A stretch of 64,000 nt of DNA from contig JAUZTB010000063.1 in the NCBI GenBank assembly GCA_034780895.1, positions 15,686,504 to 15,750,503 of the forward strand. Reading direction: 5' to 3'. Position 1 is the stretch's first letter. The number at the start of each line of letters is the position of its first letter. Under the pieces are notes generated by a model that saw only the letters and a list, made by a program, of their open reading frames with translations, was not told the origin of the DNA and made no database searches. Source of the stretch: Rhynchobatus australiae. Taxonomy: Eukaryota. A program made the position numbers and the translations under genes. Positions 22,991 through 36,610 of this stretch are shown one piece after another.

Positions 22991-25196
22991 ATTGTAATTA
23001 TTCTTTCCACTCCATTTCCTACCTACTTTTATTATTGAACAATGTTCTACTAATGCCTAGAACATAGAATGTCCATCCTATTATTGGCCTGCTTTGCTCA
23101 AAGGTGCTACTTTTTCACTTTAAGCAATTTGAAGTTTCATTCAGCCGGCATATTCTTGATCAGTAAATGGAATTAGAAGGAACTTGTGTGGAAAATAAAC
23201 ATTGGCATGGACCAGTTGTGCTGTGTGGTATATTTCTGTGCTGTAAATTCTGCTGGGATTGGTTTGGTTAAATTTGTTTTGTATCTGGGTTAGGATGTCA
23301 TTTTTAAAGTAGAATGCTATTTTCATCTTGGATTTGTACGGCCATTCTCACACATGAATAGGGTAGGGACTTGGTGCAAGCAATCATTGCACCATTTTGC
23401 TGGTTGCTTAATGCAGTATTTCCACACTCCATATCCATCTGTGCAGGACATTTTATACTATTTATTCATTCATTCACCAGATAAGTACTTGCATTTTATA
23501 AACATTATTTTGAAGAGATGCTAATCTTCCTATTTTGTTGCAATGAGGTCCTATCGAATGACCACCCTAATCCATAGGCACTGTACAGCTGCTGCAAAAC
23601 AAGTTTCACTACATGTGTCATTGATAATAAACCTGATTCTTATGAGGGAGAAGCTGGTGTCTGTCATTCTTTTGAGGTTGGATCAAGTTGAGAGAGCTTT
23701 AATTTTGGTCAATGCTTGACATTGATACTGTTTGCCTGTAAAAGGTTTTTTCCCATCTCAATTTCATTATTTTGAATCCAACAAGACATTTGTGTAGAGG
23801 GAATTGACTTGGTTAACATTGTGCATAAATGATTTACAGCATCCATTTAAAATATTATCCTCTATTTTAATTGGTTGCTTGAAACCCCCTGGCTGGGATG
23901 TGTTATTGATATATGAATGGTCATTTTTAGTACAGCCTTAGATTTAGATTGGGAAAAGATGGAGAAATCTTTTGACTGAGTTCTGTAGCTGACTGGCTCA
24001 GTCCATCAGTGTGTTTTGATTTTGTAAGAATGTACCAGCTGATGGACATGTAGATGGTCACGCATTGGCCAGGTAAGGGCTTGTTACTGTAAATTTGTTC
24101 ACCTTCAGCTGTGGAGTTACTTAGTTTACTGTTTTGTGATATTTTGAAAACAGTCTTTGTTCAGTATTACATCAATATGNNNNNNNNNNCCTGCAAGAGT
24201 TTGTGTACAATGTTCTTTTGCCAACTTGATATTCACTTGTCAATAACAATCTCATGAAAAAGTGATTGTTGTAAATTAGAATCTATTATTTATGGAATTT
24301 GATGTGCTGTATTACCCAATTACTGTGTTAAGCAGTTTACTAGAATTCGATGTTTAATTAATGTACAAAGATTTACAGTTGGCATCTAACTTGAAGGAAA
24401 ATGTGGGGATCAGGCTCCTTTTTGTTTGGAACAGATGGAGGCATTTTTCAGTGTGCCTCTTGTAGGATTAGGTCTCTGACAGACACTTCCCTTTTTAACA
24501 CTTTTTGAAGATACTAGGATATACAAACACTATAGTTTGCTAAGTAGGTGGTAAATTATTAACATTTGTATTGTAGTCAGATCTTCATTCCATGAAATGT
24601 ATGCTTGTTTATGCTCTAGGATTATTGATGTATGTGATCAGAGAGAATAACCTCGACCTTTTATTGCACTGTTTTCCTATTTCCCTTTTATTTGATAACC
24701 AAGGCCAATTTTGAATCCTGACTTGAGGAGAGGGTAGGGTGAATTCCAGCATCTTCCTGTGAATAAATTTCACATATGGGGAAAACTCTCTTGAATACCT
24801 GAATCACAATGTTTTGTCATTATAGGACACAAATAAGATTGTGAAAATACACCAAGTAGTCTCTTTTAAAAGAATGATCTAGTGTTCTTTGTACAAAATA
24901 GCTGAGAAAATAAGCTCCATTCTAGTCATTAGGCAGGACCAAAGACAATGAAGTATTTCAAAAGTGGATACGTAAGTACAATTGTTGTTTTGACAGACAC
25001 TACCAATTAAGAAACTTTATCTGATACCCAACATTTGCTCTGGAACTATTTGCTCATTTATTTCTGATCAATTTATCACTTTCCTAATGTTGGATTATCA
25101 TTCCTCGAGCTTGATTACACTTCTTCCTTCTCTCTCTTTCTCTCACTACCCCGACACACCCTCCTTCTAAACAAAAATATCGTTTGATCTCCACAG

Positions 25197-25363
25197 AAGA
25201 TGGAGAGGCTGATGATGGTTACAACTACAAGCAAATGATGGCGAGAGATGAGCGTCGATTTAAAAAGGCTGACCAGAATGGTGACTTGTTTGCCACAAAG
25301 GAGGAATTCACTGCTTTCCTGCACCCAGAGGAATATGACCACATGAAGGACATTGTTGTGTTG
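25197..25363 (+). CDS. CALU: Calumenin exon 4 (EF-hand 3)
   Basis: ccacag|AA GAT...GTG TTG|gttagt, 167 nt. Encodes [50 protein letters not shown]. Confidence 0.97.
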
Positions 25364-26254
25364 GTTAGTACTTCCACATTACCATGTTTTTCCCTGCCAT
25401 AAAAGAAAGAAAATTGCAAGTAAATGCAATACTAGCAAAATCAGTCAGTGAGTCCAACTGGTCCATGTTGGTGTTCATGCTGCATATAAACTTTCTTCCA
25501 TTTTGCCTTATCTGGACTTATTAATGTATATTTTTTGTTTTTATTTCTTCCCTCNNNNNNNNNNNNNCCCCCCCCATGGTACCTAGTTAACTTCTTCAAA
25601 ATTCAATGCATCAAGATGGAGTGCGATAAACTGCACAGTAGCGCTTGACTGCTTTTGGTTTTATGGAATCATATAGAAAATGTTAAATGTGAATTATGAC
25701 TTGTTTAAAAATCGGAGCTAGAAAAGACCAGTTTGGCCTATTTTGCTAGAATAATTTATTTTCTTGCATTTGCATTAGTTACATTATCCAGTTTCCTGAA
25801 TGATTTTTAGAATTACCCTTGATATCATCTTGTGCCCAAGCATCCTGTGGAATATGATCATTACCCTGCACAATGAAACCTTGGTGGGTTTTCTTCTAAG
25901 TGCAACTATTTCCCTTGTTCTAATACTTCGTATCAGGGACTTTTTGTGGATATTTTCTCTAATGGTCAATTTTTTTCTGAAGCTTCATTGTTTAAACTAG
26001 GACAGCTTGCAAGTGGTTTTGTGTATGACGGAAGGCCCATATTACCATACCATCAACTTTTCTGCTTGTATAGACAGTGTCTCTGACTAGGTCAAAACTT
26101 CCAATGTGAACAGACATCAAGTTAATTCCATCTTTTCAGCAGTTTTGTTTGGTCATTTTGTAAATGGCAAGCAGAACTCCTGTTGATTGTTAACATCATA
26201 TTGTGTCCCACAAATATACAACTGGATTAAAAAAAAACTTTGCTTCTCTGGCAG

Positions 26255-26315
26255 GAAACCATGGAAGATATTGATAAAAATGGAGATGGTTTCATTGATC
26301 TGGAGGAGTATATTG
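26255..26315 (+). CDS. CALU: Calumenin exon 5 (EF-hand 4)
   Basis: ggcag|GAA ACC ATG...ATT G|gtaagt, 61 nt. Encodes [20 protein letters not shown]. Confidence 0.97.
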
Positions 26316-26689
26316 GTAAGTAGTGGAAGAATGAAGGCTGCAGAAATAAATTGAATGGTAAAGTTGTACATAATCATTTGTTAGCTTGTAGAGCTTCTTT
26401 TGAAGCTGAATTTCTTAACAGATAATGAACAAAAAGCCAGGTTGATGTAAACTGAGAAGTTTGCCTGAAGCAGAAATTGTGATGAAGCAAAGGATTTTGA
26501 CATGTTGGGTCAGATGTAGTAACAATTGGTGAAAGCTAAATTATGCAAGAATATTAATGATACATGATTTGGTCCTGGTGCTTGGGAGAATATCGAGTAA
26601 CATTGCTGAAATAAAATGATGCTGTGGAAGTACTATGAGGTGATGAATTCGAGTTGCCCTAAGTTTTGTACAATTTGACACCAAGCTTT

Positions 26690-27160
26690 CATTACTCATC
26701 TGTGCAGAACATCTGTGTTCAGTCTACAAGGATAATTTTGGGCTTCCAGTTGTCTGTCACTTTAATCCTCCATCCCACTCCCATTCTGATCTCTCCAAAT
26801 CTGTCTTGCCACCTTTGACCTCTGCTTTAACCTTGCAAGCTTCAGACCATAATATTGAATTTAACAATTTTGGGTAACCAATTTTTATTTTCCTCTCCAC
26901 AGTTATGAATCTACCTTTCTGTTTTTCTGTCTCTGACTGCTGGTTCTTAAAGTAATTGTTACCATGTCAACTTTGCTCTGAATCTCATGATGAGTATTTG
27001 CTCTCTTCTTCCCACCCCTCTGATTCTGCAACTTGAAACAAGAAAGCTTGTGTGTTTTCAGTTTGGATGAAGAGTCCTTGCCCTGCTCTGATTCTTTTTC
27101 TCTCACCAATAATATCCCCTCACCCACTAAATTCTTCTAGCATTTTCTGTTTCCGTTGTG
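26690..27160 (+). mobile_element. Penelope-like element remnant (GIY-YIG endonuclease C-terminus plus terminal repeat)
   Basis: Translates AEHLCSVYKDNFGLPVVCHFNPPSHSHSDLS...NIEFNNF, typical of Penelope GIY-YIG ends. A ggatgaagagtc hammerhead-core remnant lies at ~27065. Confidence 0.6.
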
Positions 27161-27355
27161 CATTTTTGTAGCCAGGGAAGAAGATGGATTTGGAATGGAT
27201 AAGTTGTCACAGATGGATACCAATGGCTTTGCTAAAGTTTAACCTATGAAAATACATGGGGGGGGTGGTGGCGGGGAATAAAGTACTTCTGCTAACTATG
27301 GATGGACTCGCAAGCCGAAAGAGTTAATTCATCTGATCTCCTTCACTGGTTTCAG

Positions 27356-27555
27356 GTGATATGTACACTGCAGACAGTGATGGCCATGAGCCTGAGTGGG
27401 TGAAAACTGAGCGTGAGCAGTTCACGGAGTTTAGAGACCGCAACAAAGATGGTAAAATGGACAAGGATGAAACCAAAGATTGGATCCTGCCAGCTGACTA
27501 TGACCATGCTGAGGCCGAAGCCCGCCATCTTGTCTATGAATCTGATGAAAACAAG
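27356..27555 (+). CDS. CALU: Calumenin exon 6 (EF-hand 5 and start of 6)
   Basis: tttcag|GT GAT ATG...AAC AAG|gtgagc, 200 nt. Encodes [56 protein letters not shown]. Confidence 0.97.
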
Positions 27556-28224
27556 GTGAGCTGTGCACGCAATCCATCCAGTATTGCTCAGCAGATTTTA
27601 GTCACACTGCCACTACTTTCACCACAGCTCTAGTGACTATACTGTAAGCTGTCTGGGATCAGGTACTTTCTAAACCATTTGGTATATCTGTTTGAGATGC
27701 TCCTTAAAGAACATGACCATGGTTTTGTGTATGCAGGCTGCTTGTGACTAGAGGATATAATCAGGCTTTATTTGTGGTACCTTGTATGATGGAATTTGCT
27801 CCATTTATGAATTTAGAATTAAGGGGAAAAAGTTACTATTTAGGATGTGGGGTGGTAGTGAAAGGCAAGCAATGATCTTTTTTAAAAATTTATATATAAA
27901 GAATTAAAGAAATTCAGAAGCAAATTGTTCAAGTCTTTTGTACCAGCAGAGATTAATACAAAAATTGTGAAGTCACAAAACTTAACATGAGTGATAAATT
28001 GAAATCTTTCCCTCAATGGGAAATGATCATGGAATAAATTGAAGGAAGGTGTGAAATAGACATACAGTTAGATTTGCAGGGATAGAAGAGACTAAGAATT
28101 GGACAAAATGGATGGCATTCTTTTAGGGACAGAATTGTTGGTTTACTGGCATTGTCGTGCTCTTAAATTATTTGATTCCCTTGTAACCATTTCTTTTCTT
28201 TCCCCACCCCAAAATCTTTTGCAG

Positions 28225-28277
28225 GATGGAAAACTCACAAAAGAAGAAATAGTCAAAAAGTATGACCTATTTGTGGG
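28225..28277 (+). CDS. CALU: Calumenin last coding exon, truncated by an assembly gap (stop and the expected HDEF signal are not visible)
   Basis: ttgcag|GAT GGA AAA encodes DGKLTKEEIVKKYDLFVG, then Ns begin at 28278. Confidence 0.95.
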
Positions 28278-31200
28278 NNNNNNNNNNNNNNNNNNNNNNN
28301 NNNNNNNNNNNNNNNNNNNNNNNNNNNNNNNNNNNNNNNNNNNNNNNNNNNNNNNNNNNNNNNNNNNNNNNNNNNNNNNNNNNNNNNNNNNNNNNNNNNN
28401 NNNNNNNNNNNNNNNNNNNNNNNNNNNNNNNNNNNNNNNNNNNNNNNNNNNNNNNNNNNNNNNNNNNNNNNNNNNNNNNNNNNNNNNNNNNNNNNNNNNN
28501 NNNNNNCCTGTACCTAGAGGCAACATGTAATTAGATGTTTACTTGCAATGTATCTGTCAAACCAAACTTTGTATGTTGTGCTTTCCCCTCCTTTGATCCA
28601 GTATTGCTGAATTTCTAATCTGATAATCCCATGCAAAATCTGTAAAATTTCCAGGAAACCTGGTTTGGCTTCTAGCAGTTCAGAACAACTGAAGTGTGTT
28701 TTCATCAGATCTTTTTCATTCCTGAAAAGTAAGAAGGGATGAAGAGTGTACAGTTGCCATTTTGGAGTTGCTTAAGGCAGTATTGCTGCAATGTACACAA
28801 TAGAGAACAAGATGCATCTTCAGTAGACTACCTTGGCTGTCTTTTAGATTGGATTCTTGTAATGTACTGTCATGGTGACAGTGGAAGTGTCCTGTTATCA
28901 TGTGATATTAATGGGCAGGAGAAGACCAGCTGTATCACTAAACTTTAATGAATGTGCTGACTAAATGAGGGAGGGGAAAAGTACTTCAGCAAAGTTTTCT
29001 CTGACTCCCTCCAGGTATTAAAACTAGTCCTAAGATCTCATGGACTGGGTGTTTTCTATGATGACCTTTTTCCCCCAAAGTAGACATAATTGTATATAGT
29101 ACTGATCACACAATAGCAATCATTATATTTATCCCTCAGCTTTTCAGTGGCCTTTTGCTGCTAATGTAGTTTAAAAATACAAGTCTAGAATTAAAGATTT
29201 ATCTCTCTAGGATAAGAATAGGTGCCCTATTCTGCTGATCACAAGCTTTGAAGGCATATCTCTCAATTTAACCTTGTTCAAACAGGTAATGTGCAACTCT
29301 GTTGTTCTATATTTACTGCCATCTTGTATCTGTTGAGAAAATATATTTGGAGAATACAAATTATGTACTTCAAAAAGAGACCATTGCAGCCATCCACTAA
29401 ATTCAGTATTATATTTGTACATACAATGAAGCGCATGTAGTTGTTTCTGTAAGTATTAATACATTGTGTGTATAAGTGGACTGTATATCTTGAGGTCCAC
29501 TTACTTGGATCAAAAACAGACTTCTAGGAACAGCAGATAAGCAGCAATATCTGCTTTGAGAAACAATCAATTTCTGATAATCTTTTTTTCAAACTGGAAA
29601 ACAAAAATAGACTAATGATGTGTGACTAGATATTTATCTCGTCATTGACAGTATGATGTGTATTCTTTGCATTTGACTATACTGGTGTTCAGTTACATGG
29701 ATTCTGCTGCCATGAATAGTTTGGATGTAGAGAATTATTATAATAAAGTTCACAAGTGAAGTGGGAAGGAGATATGAAGACTTCAGTGATGGTTTAGTGT
29801 AGTTTTATTTTGGTATTGAATGAAGTCTAACTCGCACCAATCATGTAGTGTAGTTACTGCAATTATTCTCTGGTGCAGTAGTGGATTCTTACTGTTTTGA
29901 GAATCCTTCTGCTTAAAAATTACACAATGCAAGTAATGTAGTCTGACTGATCTTTTCTCACTTCATTGTCCAAAGCAAACTCAATGTCCAGGATTATAGT
30001 GTTCTCTCCCTGCATGTAACCCACCAGCTGTACTCCAGCCAGTATTTAGAAAAAGCAAAAGGAGCAACTTTTATGACATCTTTGTCAATATTCTTTCTGC
30101 CTAAACATTAACATATCTTTCTCATTGAATTGTAAGCCTGTATTTGTATTTTCAATTTTGTTTTATTCCTTGCATTTTGTTTAAAAAGCCAGTGCAGGCT
30201 GCATTTAACAGAAGTATTTCTTTAAGTATTTCAGGCTTAGTCTTTCTTCCATGCTTTGCCCAATTCTTGAATCAAAATAATGATGGAATCTCAGTAATCA
30301 AGTGACATCATCATATGGGTCATCTAGCTAATTTGAATTGTGTGGATTGAGGAACTGAAGCAGAGTCTTGCATAAAAATTTATTATAGCTGGGCAGCATT
30401 CTGCCCTGCATTATATGTTGGTCTCCTTTTGTTTCCAGGCCCTTAAGTCACACACCCAATTCAAAACATTGAAAAATTGGATCAGTTTCTTTGCAGAGTA
30501 CTACAAGCTTTTGGTGTGTGCTTGTGGTTAGTTGTCATTCTCACTGAGTTGGTTGTGTAATTAGAGTAACTTGAGACACTTAATTACAGTGATAACCTTA
30601 GGGCATCTTTATTCCTTTTTAATGTAAATGTTATCACCAGCCCTTCAATGTCTCTTATGTAAAATCTGTTTTCCATTGTGTTGTACCACACCAGACATGG
30701 AAGTATACATTGAGTTTACCAGCTGCCTTCTCTTGCCACAGTGTGCAACCAAAAGTCTTTTCCCTCTGCAGACATCATATTCTTCAAAAATCCTGCTTTG
30801 AGAGAGTTGCAGGCTAATGATCAAAGGATATTTGGAATTGTAGTGGTTACCAACACTGCCACTTTGGCTTGTGACTCAGGGTTTTTAACCAACTCCTTGT
30901 GCCCTATCCCCGTTCCTCCCCCAGAATCCTGATTCCACTTGCCTAGCCTCCCTGCCGTGAAGCATATCAGTAATTCTGTATAATTTTTTGTTGGAGGTGA
31001 ATTTAATCATGTAGCCAATGTAACATTTCCTTTTTAAATATTAAATTTAAATATAGATTTTTGCTTATTGGCAAAATGGAGAGAATTGATCATTGCCCCT
31101 TCATTAATGCAACTTTGGGTTCAATTGCAGCTTGAGGTGAATTCCTTTTTTTGTTTCAGCTGAATTTTATCAGCCAATTTTCAGAAATGCAGAAAGAGGT

Positions 31201-32502
31201 GTTCGACTGAGATTGCTTAATAACGGTGGGTTTTGTTGCGGAAGTGCTGCTCAATCTAATCAGTGTTGTGTTACTCCTCACTAGCATGAACATTCCTTGG
31301 TTAACACAAGCAGAAAATTTTAAGCTAATACTATATTGAGCTGTCCAAACTATTTGAGTTTTATTCTTTTAAGGAATGTGAACCTTCCTTTTTATTCCTA
31401 AATTAGCTATTGAACTGAATGGCTTGGTAAAGTATTAAGAGGACAGTTAGGAACTTGCCACATTCCCATTTAATCTTGTCATAAGCCAAAGCAGATATAT
31501 CTACTAAGTGACAATTGTGAATTGGGTTCTGGGAACATTAATTGGACTTGGAATTTTCAATGTATGAAAATCCTTCAGTTTGCAACTACAGTGTAAGGCA
31601 CTTTGACTAAACCATTTCAGTTTGTGGAAGATTTGTCAAATGCTGTGTGTGATTTTTTTTTAAAAGCAAGAGCCATACATTTTATAAAGAGGTTTTTGTG
31701 CAAATTTTGGGCAAACCAAGTTTTCTGTTTTCTAGTATTGGAGTTCACNNNNNNNNNNNNNNNNNNNNNNNNNNNNNNNNNNNNNNNNNNNNNNNNNNNN
31801 NNNNNNNNNNNNNNNNNNNNNNNNNNNNNNNNNNNNNNNNNNNNNNNNGGTGCATACTAACAAGGTGTAAAGGTGTGATCAGTGCTGACATTTTTGTGCA
31901 AATGTAATAAGTCATATGTCAAAGTGAGCTGGGAATTCTGGGAAACGTTTTCCCTCAAAGCTTGGATCGTCCCAGACTCCTTCATTATTAACCACTGTGT
32001 ATTTTGAATAAGATGAGTGATTTGATGCCATTTGAGTAATGAGCAAAAACTTGTGCCTCAGCTGATGCCATGACTACATGGACAAGGTACTGCAATAAGC
32101 AATTACCTGAAGGATCAGCACATTAAACTGGCAAACACCAAGAGGGGAAGGGACAGATAGTTTGGTTTTAGCTGAATCTAAATATACTGCAATGGTAATG
32201 AGTGTACAGGGTGGAAAAACTTGTCCCCTCAGTTCCTGGTGGCAACTGGTGCATGTTTTTGTAAATTAAGCTACTAGAATCATGTGACAAGAAAAAAACT
32301 TCTGGTAGGCGAATGGATGCAGTATATCAGTGGGATACTCAGCATGTCTAGTACCTTTTTTACCAATCCCCTTAAATTTTATGCCCTGTGACCCTTGATC
32401 TGAGTTGTCACTTGCAATGTGCTTGGAGTTACACTATGAACACTAGTACATTTTAATGTAAGATGTTTGCTTATGTGTGCTTCAAGTTGAATTCTAATCT
32501 TC

Positions 32503-32508
32503 AATAAA
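32503..32508 (+). terminator. CALU: Candidate distal CALU polyadenylation signal
   Basis: AATAAA followed by a GT/T-rich tract (gagttttaagtttgtcttgatcttttg) at the end of a ~4-kb repeat-poor stretch. A proximal AATAAA lies at 29742. Confidence 0.4.
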
Positions 32509-33464
32509 AAATAAGACTTTGAGTTTTAAGTTTGTCTTGATCTTTTGCTGCAGATAACTTTGTAGATTTTGGTTATTTCAAATCACTTACAACTGCAGTT
32601 AGTTAATTAATTCTTCATTCCCTATTGCCTCTTCAGTTCCATGCACTTGGTTACCAATTAATAAATCATTTAAAATCTTATCAACTGAACACCGGTATAA
32701 AGCATAGAAGTAAATAATCATCACAAAACAAGAAGTATCTTGCTGTGGTGTTTGACCATCAGTGAATTACTGTTCACTTGTTTATTTTGCTAATCTAGTT
32801 TTTCAGATGTACACATAAATAAAGATGGACGGTAACCTTACAGTGGAGAAATATCAAGTACAACTCTGCATGTTGCATTCAGTTCTCAGTTTGATGTCTT
32901 ATTGCTAATCTGTCTACACATTGGAGAACTTGTCTTAACAAATGCTGACTCCTAATGAATTGTGGTTTCTCAAAGCAGAGGGAGCTTCAATTATAAAGCT
33001 GGATATGGAAATTTGTAATATGTAGGTGAAAGATGCATGACTTGCAAAGTTAATTAAATCTAAAAACAAATGTAAGTATTAAATAACTGCTAAATACGAC
33101 GAAGATGCTGTCTGAAAATTCCATACATAACCTTTTGGATTTGTGAGATCATTTAGGTTTAGGCTTGTAAAACAGTTGGCCCACATTTTCAATGGGTTTC
33201 ACTTGCAGCTCCTTAAATTTGTCCTGTGGATTACAGCATTCCATTTCTAACAGCCAGACAAAATCCCTTACTCCATTGTTGTACAGTAATGGTATAATTT
33301 CAACTCTACCAGACTTCAGTGGTTGGAGCCTGGAATAATTGATTAACACTTGCACTTCAAATATTGGAAATTACTTTAGTGGCTGTAGACATTATTAAAC
33401 AGTTTGATCCTAAATGATAGATTCAATTAGTTTCTATATCTAAGCACTAGACAAATTCTTCTGC

Positions 33465-33750
33465 TATACAAGAATATAGGGGCAGGAGTAAGCTAACTGG
33501 TCCCTTAAGCCCTCCTGGCCATTAACTATTATTGTGGTTGATCTTTGCGAGCCTTGACTGTTGTGCCAGTTCCCCATAGCTCTCAATTCCCTGATTTTTT
33601 TTTTAAAGTTATTTACCTCTTTCAATATCTCCAGTGATCTAAACCTGTCAACCCTTTGTGGTAGAGAATTCCAGAGTGTGTCTACCCCCTTCAAAAAGAA
33701 ATTACATATAAACATCAGTTTTAATGATGGCCCAACATTCCTCATCCCAC
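33465..33750 (-). mobile_element. CR1-like LINE 3' end
   Basis: The minus ORF contains FFLKGVDTLWNSLPQRV; the tail reads atacaagaatataggggcaggagt on +. Confidence 0.7.
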
Positions 33751-33829
33751 CATTACTATTAAGCCACAAAATCAACCTTGGTTCAATGTAGAATGCAGAA
33801 GGTCCCATTGGGAGCAGTACTTAGCATAC

Positions 33830-35010
33830 TGGAAAATTGATGAAGCACATGTCTGGTAGTTCAGAGGTGATATACTTCCAAATCAGGACAGTGTGATTTG
33901 GCATAAAAATTCAAGGAGTTGTGTTCCCATGAACCTACTGCTCTTGTCCTCCTTGGGGGGTAGAGGTCATGGGTTTGGGAGGTGCTATCAGAGTAGCCTA
34001 AGTGAACATGGTTGCAAATGCTTTAGCCTTCAGTATTCATATACTGGGCCCAATTATCATTGTGGGTGTGAATGTTCTTGGAGCCTCCTGGGATTATATG
34101 CATGCTAAACAGCAATGGGCATGCAATAGATAGAGGTAAATAATTTCACAACCAGCAGATCCGATAACAGCTCTGCAGTCCTACCACTTCCAGTCATAAC
34201 TGGGGAGGGTTAATTAAACGATTAGTGGGAGAAGGAGGCTCCAAGAACCTTTCCATCCTTTCGTGATGTTACATTCAGTCAAATGCTACCTTGAGGTCAG
34301 GGGCAGTCACCCTCGCCATGTTTCAACCAAGCTTGATGAGATCTGGAGTGGTCGAGGTGAACCCAAACAGGGCATCAGTGAGTAGTTTATTGCAGTGCCA
34401 CCTGAGAGCACCCTGATAATTTCCATCACCTTGTTGCTAATTTGAAGTTCCCTGACTGGGCAGTAGTTAGCCAGATATTTAGCCATTATAGGACATTTTT
34501 CAACATTGTTAGGTAGACATCAGTGCTGTAACTGGACTAGCTAGAACTGCAGTTAATTCTGGATTGTGGGTCTTCAGTACTACAGCTGGATGTGGTCTGG
34601 CCCTGTAGCCTTACCTCCAAACAAGTGCTCGCTGCCATTTTTTGATATCGTGGAGGGAATCAAAGTGGCTAGAGAGTGATTTCTGTGATGGTGGAAATCT
34701 CAGGAAGAAGACGAGATGAATCATCCATTCAGACCTTCTGAATGAACCTGGTTGTGATTGCTTCATCCTTTTCTTTAGCATTCATATGCTGGGGCCTGCT
34801 ATTGTTTGTCATGAGGATGTCTTTGAAGCCACTTCTTACTGGTTGTTTAATTATTCACTACCATTCACAAATGGATGTGTTAGGACTGCAGAACTTTGAT
34901 CTGAATTATTGGTTGTGAGATTGCTTAGCCCTGTCCATCATGTACTGCTTTTGTTCTTTAGCACACATCTAGTGCTCTGCTGCAGCTTTACCAGGCGGCA
35001 CTGTCATGGT
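33830..35010 (-). mobile_element. Degraded non-LTR retrotransposon (RT region)
   Basis: Minus-strand motifs in RT order: KATGPDHI (~34590-34613), NYCPVS (~34453-34470) and LLTDALFGF (~34360-34387). Confidence 0.7.
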
Positions 35011-35679
35011 TCTGAGTACTGGCCCTTAATTTGGCCCCTTAGATGTCTTGTTGTACAGCACATGGATTCCATGCTGGACTGATTAGATCAGGGGCCTAGC
35101 ATAAGTACCTGGGTTTCTCTAGCACTGGTTGCCAGAGTATTGGTCTACCTTTTGGGTATACTTTGGCTCCTAGCTGCTTAGTGTGGTCTACTCTAGAGCA
35201 GTCCTGTGTTCTCTATTCCTTTTTGAAGATCCAGTTTGTGTTGGGATTCCTCTTCAGATNNNNNNNNNNNNNNNNNNNNNNNNNNNNNNNNNNNNNNNNN
35301 NNNNNNNNNNNNNNNNNNNNNNNNNNNNNNNNNNNNNNNNNNNNNNNNNNNNNNNNNNNTTTGTGTTGGGATTCCTCTTCAGATCTCCAAGGCAAGATTC
35401 TTTCCAGTTACTGCCTGTGTTTCCTCCTGAGGAGGTATCCTGACTCCAGTCTTGTATCTGTGTGCCGCATTTGGGTTCTCTGCGAGCTTCCTCTTTGCTC
35501 AACTTTGTGACAGGCACCTCATCACTTTTGGTACTGCTTCCAGCAATGACTTTCTGCACCTCATTGAAACAGGGTTGCTCCCTTGGCTTGACAGTGATGG
35601 TAGAGTGAGCAATAGAGAAGATGAATCTTCCCTGGAGAGAGAGGGCAGACTTTAGATTCTGAGGCATTGGAACTATTCC

Positions 35680-36610
35680 TGAGGCAGGTGGAGCCTGTAC
35701 AAATCAGATGGTTTGTACCTTGGAAAGGCTGGGACCAATATCCTTGCTAGTGCTATTGGAGACAAGATTGGCAATTTTGCAGGGGATGGGAACCTCAAAG
35801 GAATTTGGGAAGAAGAGGAAATAAAATGTGATGTTGGAAAACAGTGAAAAATGTAAACAGCAAGAAGATCAAGCAGCAAAGGGAGTTGAGGTACAGAAAA
35901 AATTAAAAGGGCAAAATTAAAGGTAGTATATGTGAATGTTCATGGCATTTGCAAAAGATAAATGAATTAATGGGACAACTAGGAGAAAGCAGGGATGAAC
36001 TTATTACTNNNNNNNNNNNNNNNNNNNNNNNNNNNNNNNNNNNNNNNNNNNNNNNNNNNNNNNNNNNNNNNNNNNNNNNNNNNNNNNNNNNNNNNNNNNN
36101 NNNNNNNNCTATTATGGAAACGTGACTGTAGGGTGACCAAAGCTGGGATCTAAACTTCCAGGATTTTCAACATTTAGGAAAGACCAGCAAAAGAGAAAAG
36201 GAGGTGGTGTTGCATTATTAGTAAGGGAGGAGATCACAACAGTAGTGAGAAATGATTTTGGCTGGACAGATCATAATGTAGATTCAATTAGGATCAAGCT
36301 AAGAAACAGCAAAGGACTGAAAACTTTGGTCGGAGTTATTTATAGGCCAATAGGGCTTAATACCTGATATGTCATAGATCAGGAAATTAGAACTCCACAT
36401 AACATGGGCAATACAGAAATCATTGGACACTTCAATCTACATATGAGCAGGACAAATCAAATGTATTATAATAATGTGGAAGATTAATTCATGGAATTTA
36501 TGTGAGATATTTTGTTAGATCAATATGCTGAGGAACCAATTTGGGAAAAGGATCTCATTAATTGATAATCTTGTTGTCAAGGGCCTTTGGGAAAGAGTGA
36601 CCAATCTGGC
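35680..36610 (+). mobile_element. CR1-like LINE fragment: ORF1 esterase end plus ORF2 APE endonuclease start
   Basis: GRWSLYKSDGLYLGKAGTNILA (DGLHL-type), LKVVYVNVHGI, and FRKDQQKRKGGGVALLVRE, with frameshifts. Confidence 0.8.

Noticed and set aside
28278-28506. Calumenin apparently lacking its C-terminal HDEF retention signal
   Set aside because: The end of the exon falls in an assembly gap, so absence cannot be inferred.
33149-33355. Minus-strand ORF just past the CALU 3' end as an SWS1 terminal-exon remnant
   Set aside because: No NPxxY, K296-region or C-terminal opsin motif is discernible in this frame.
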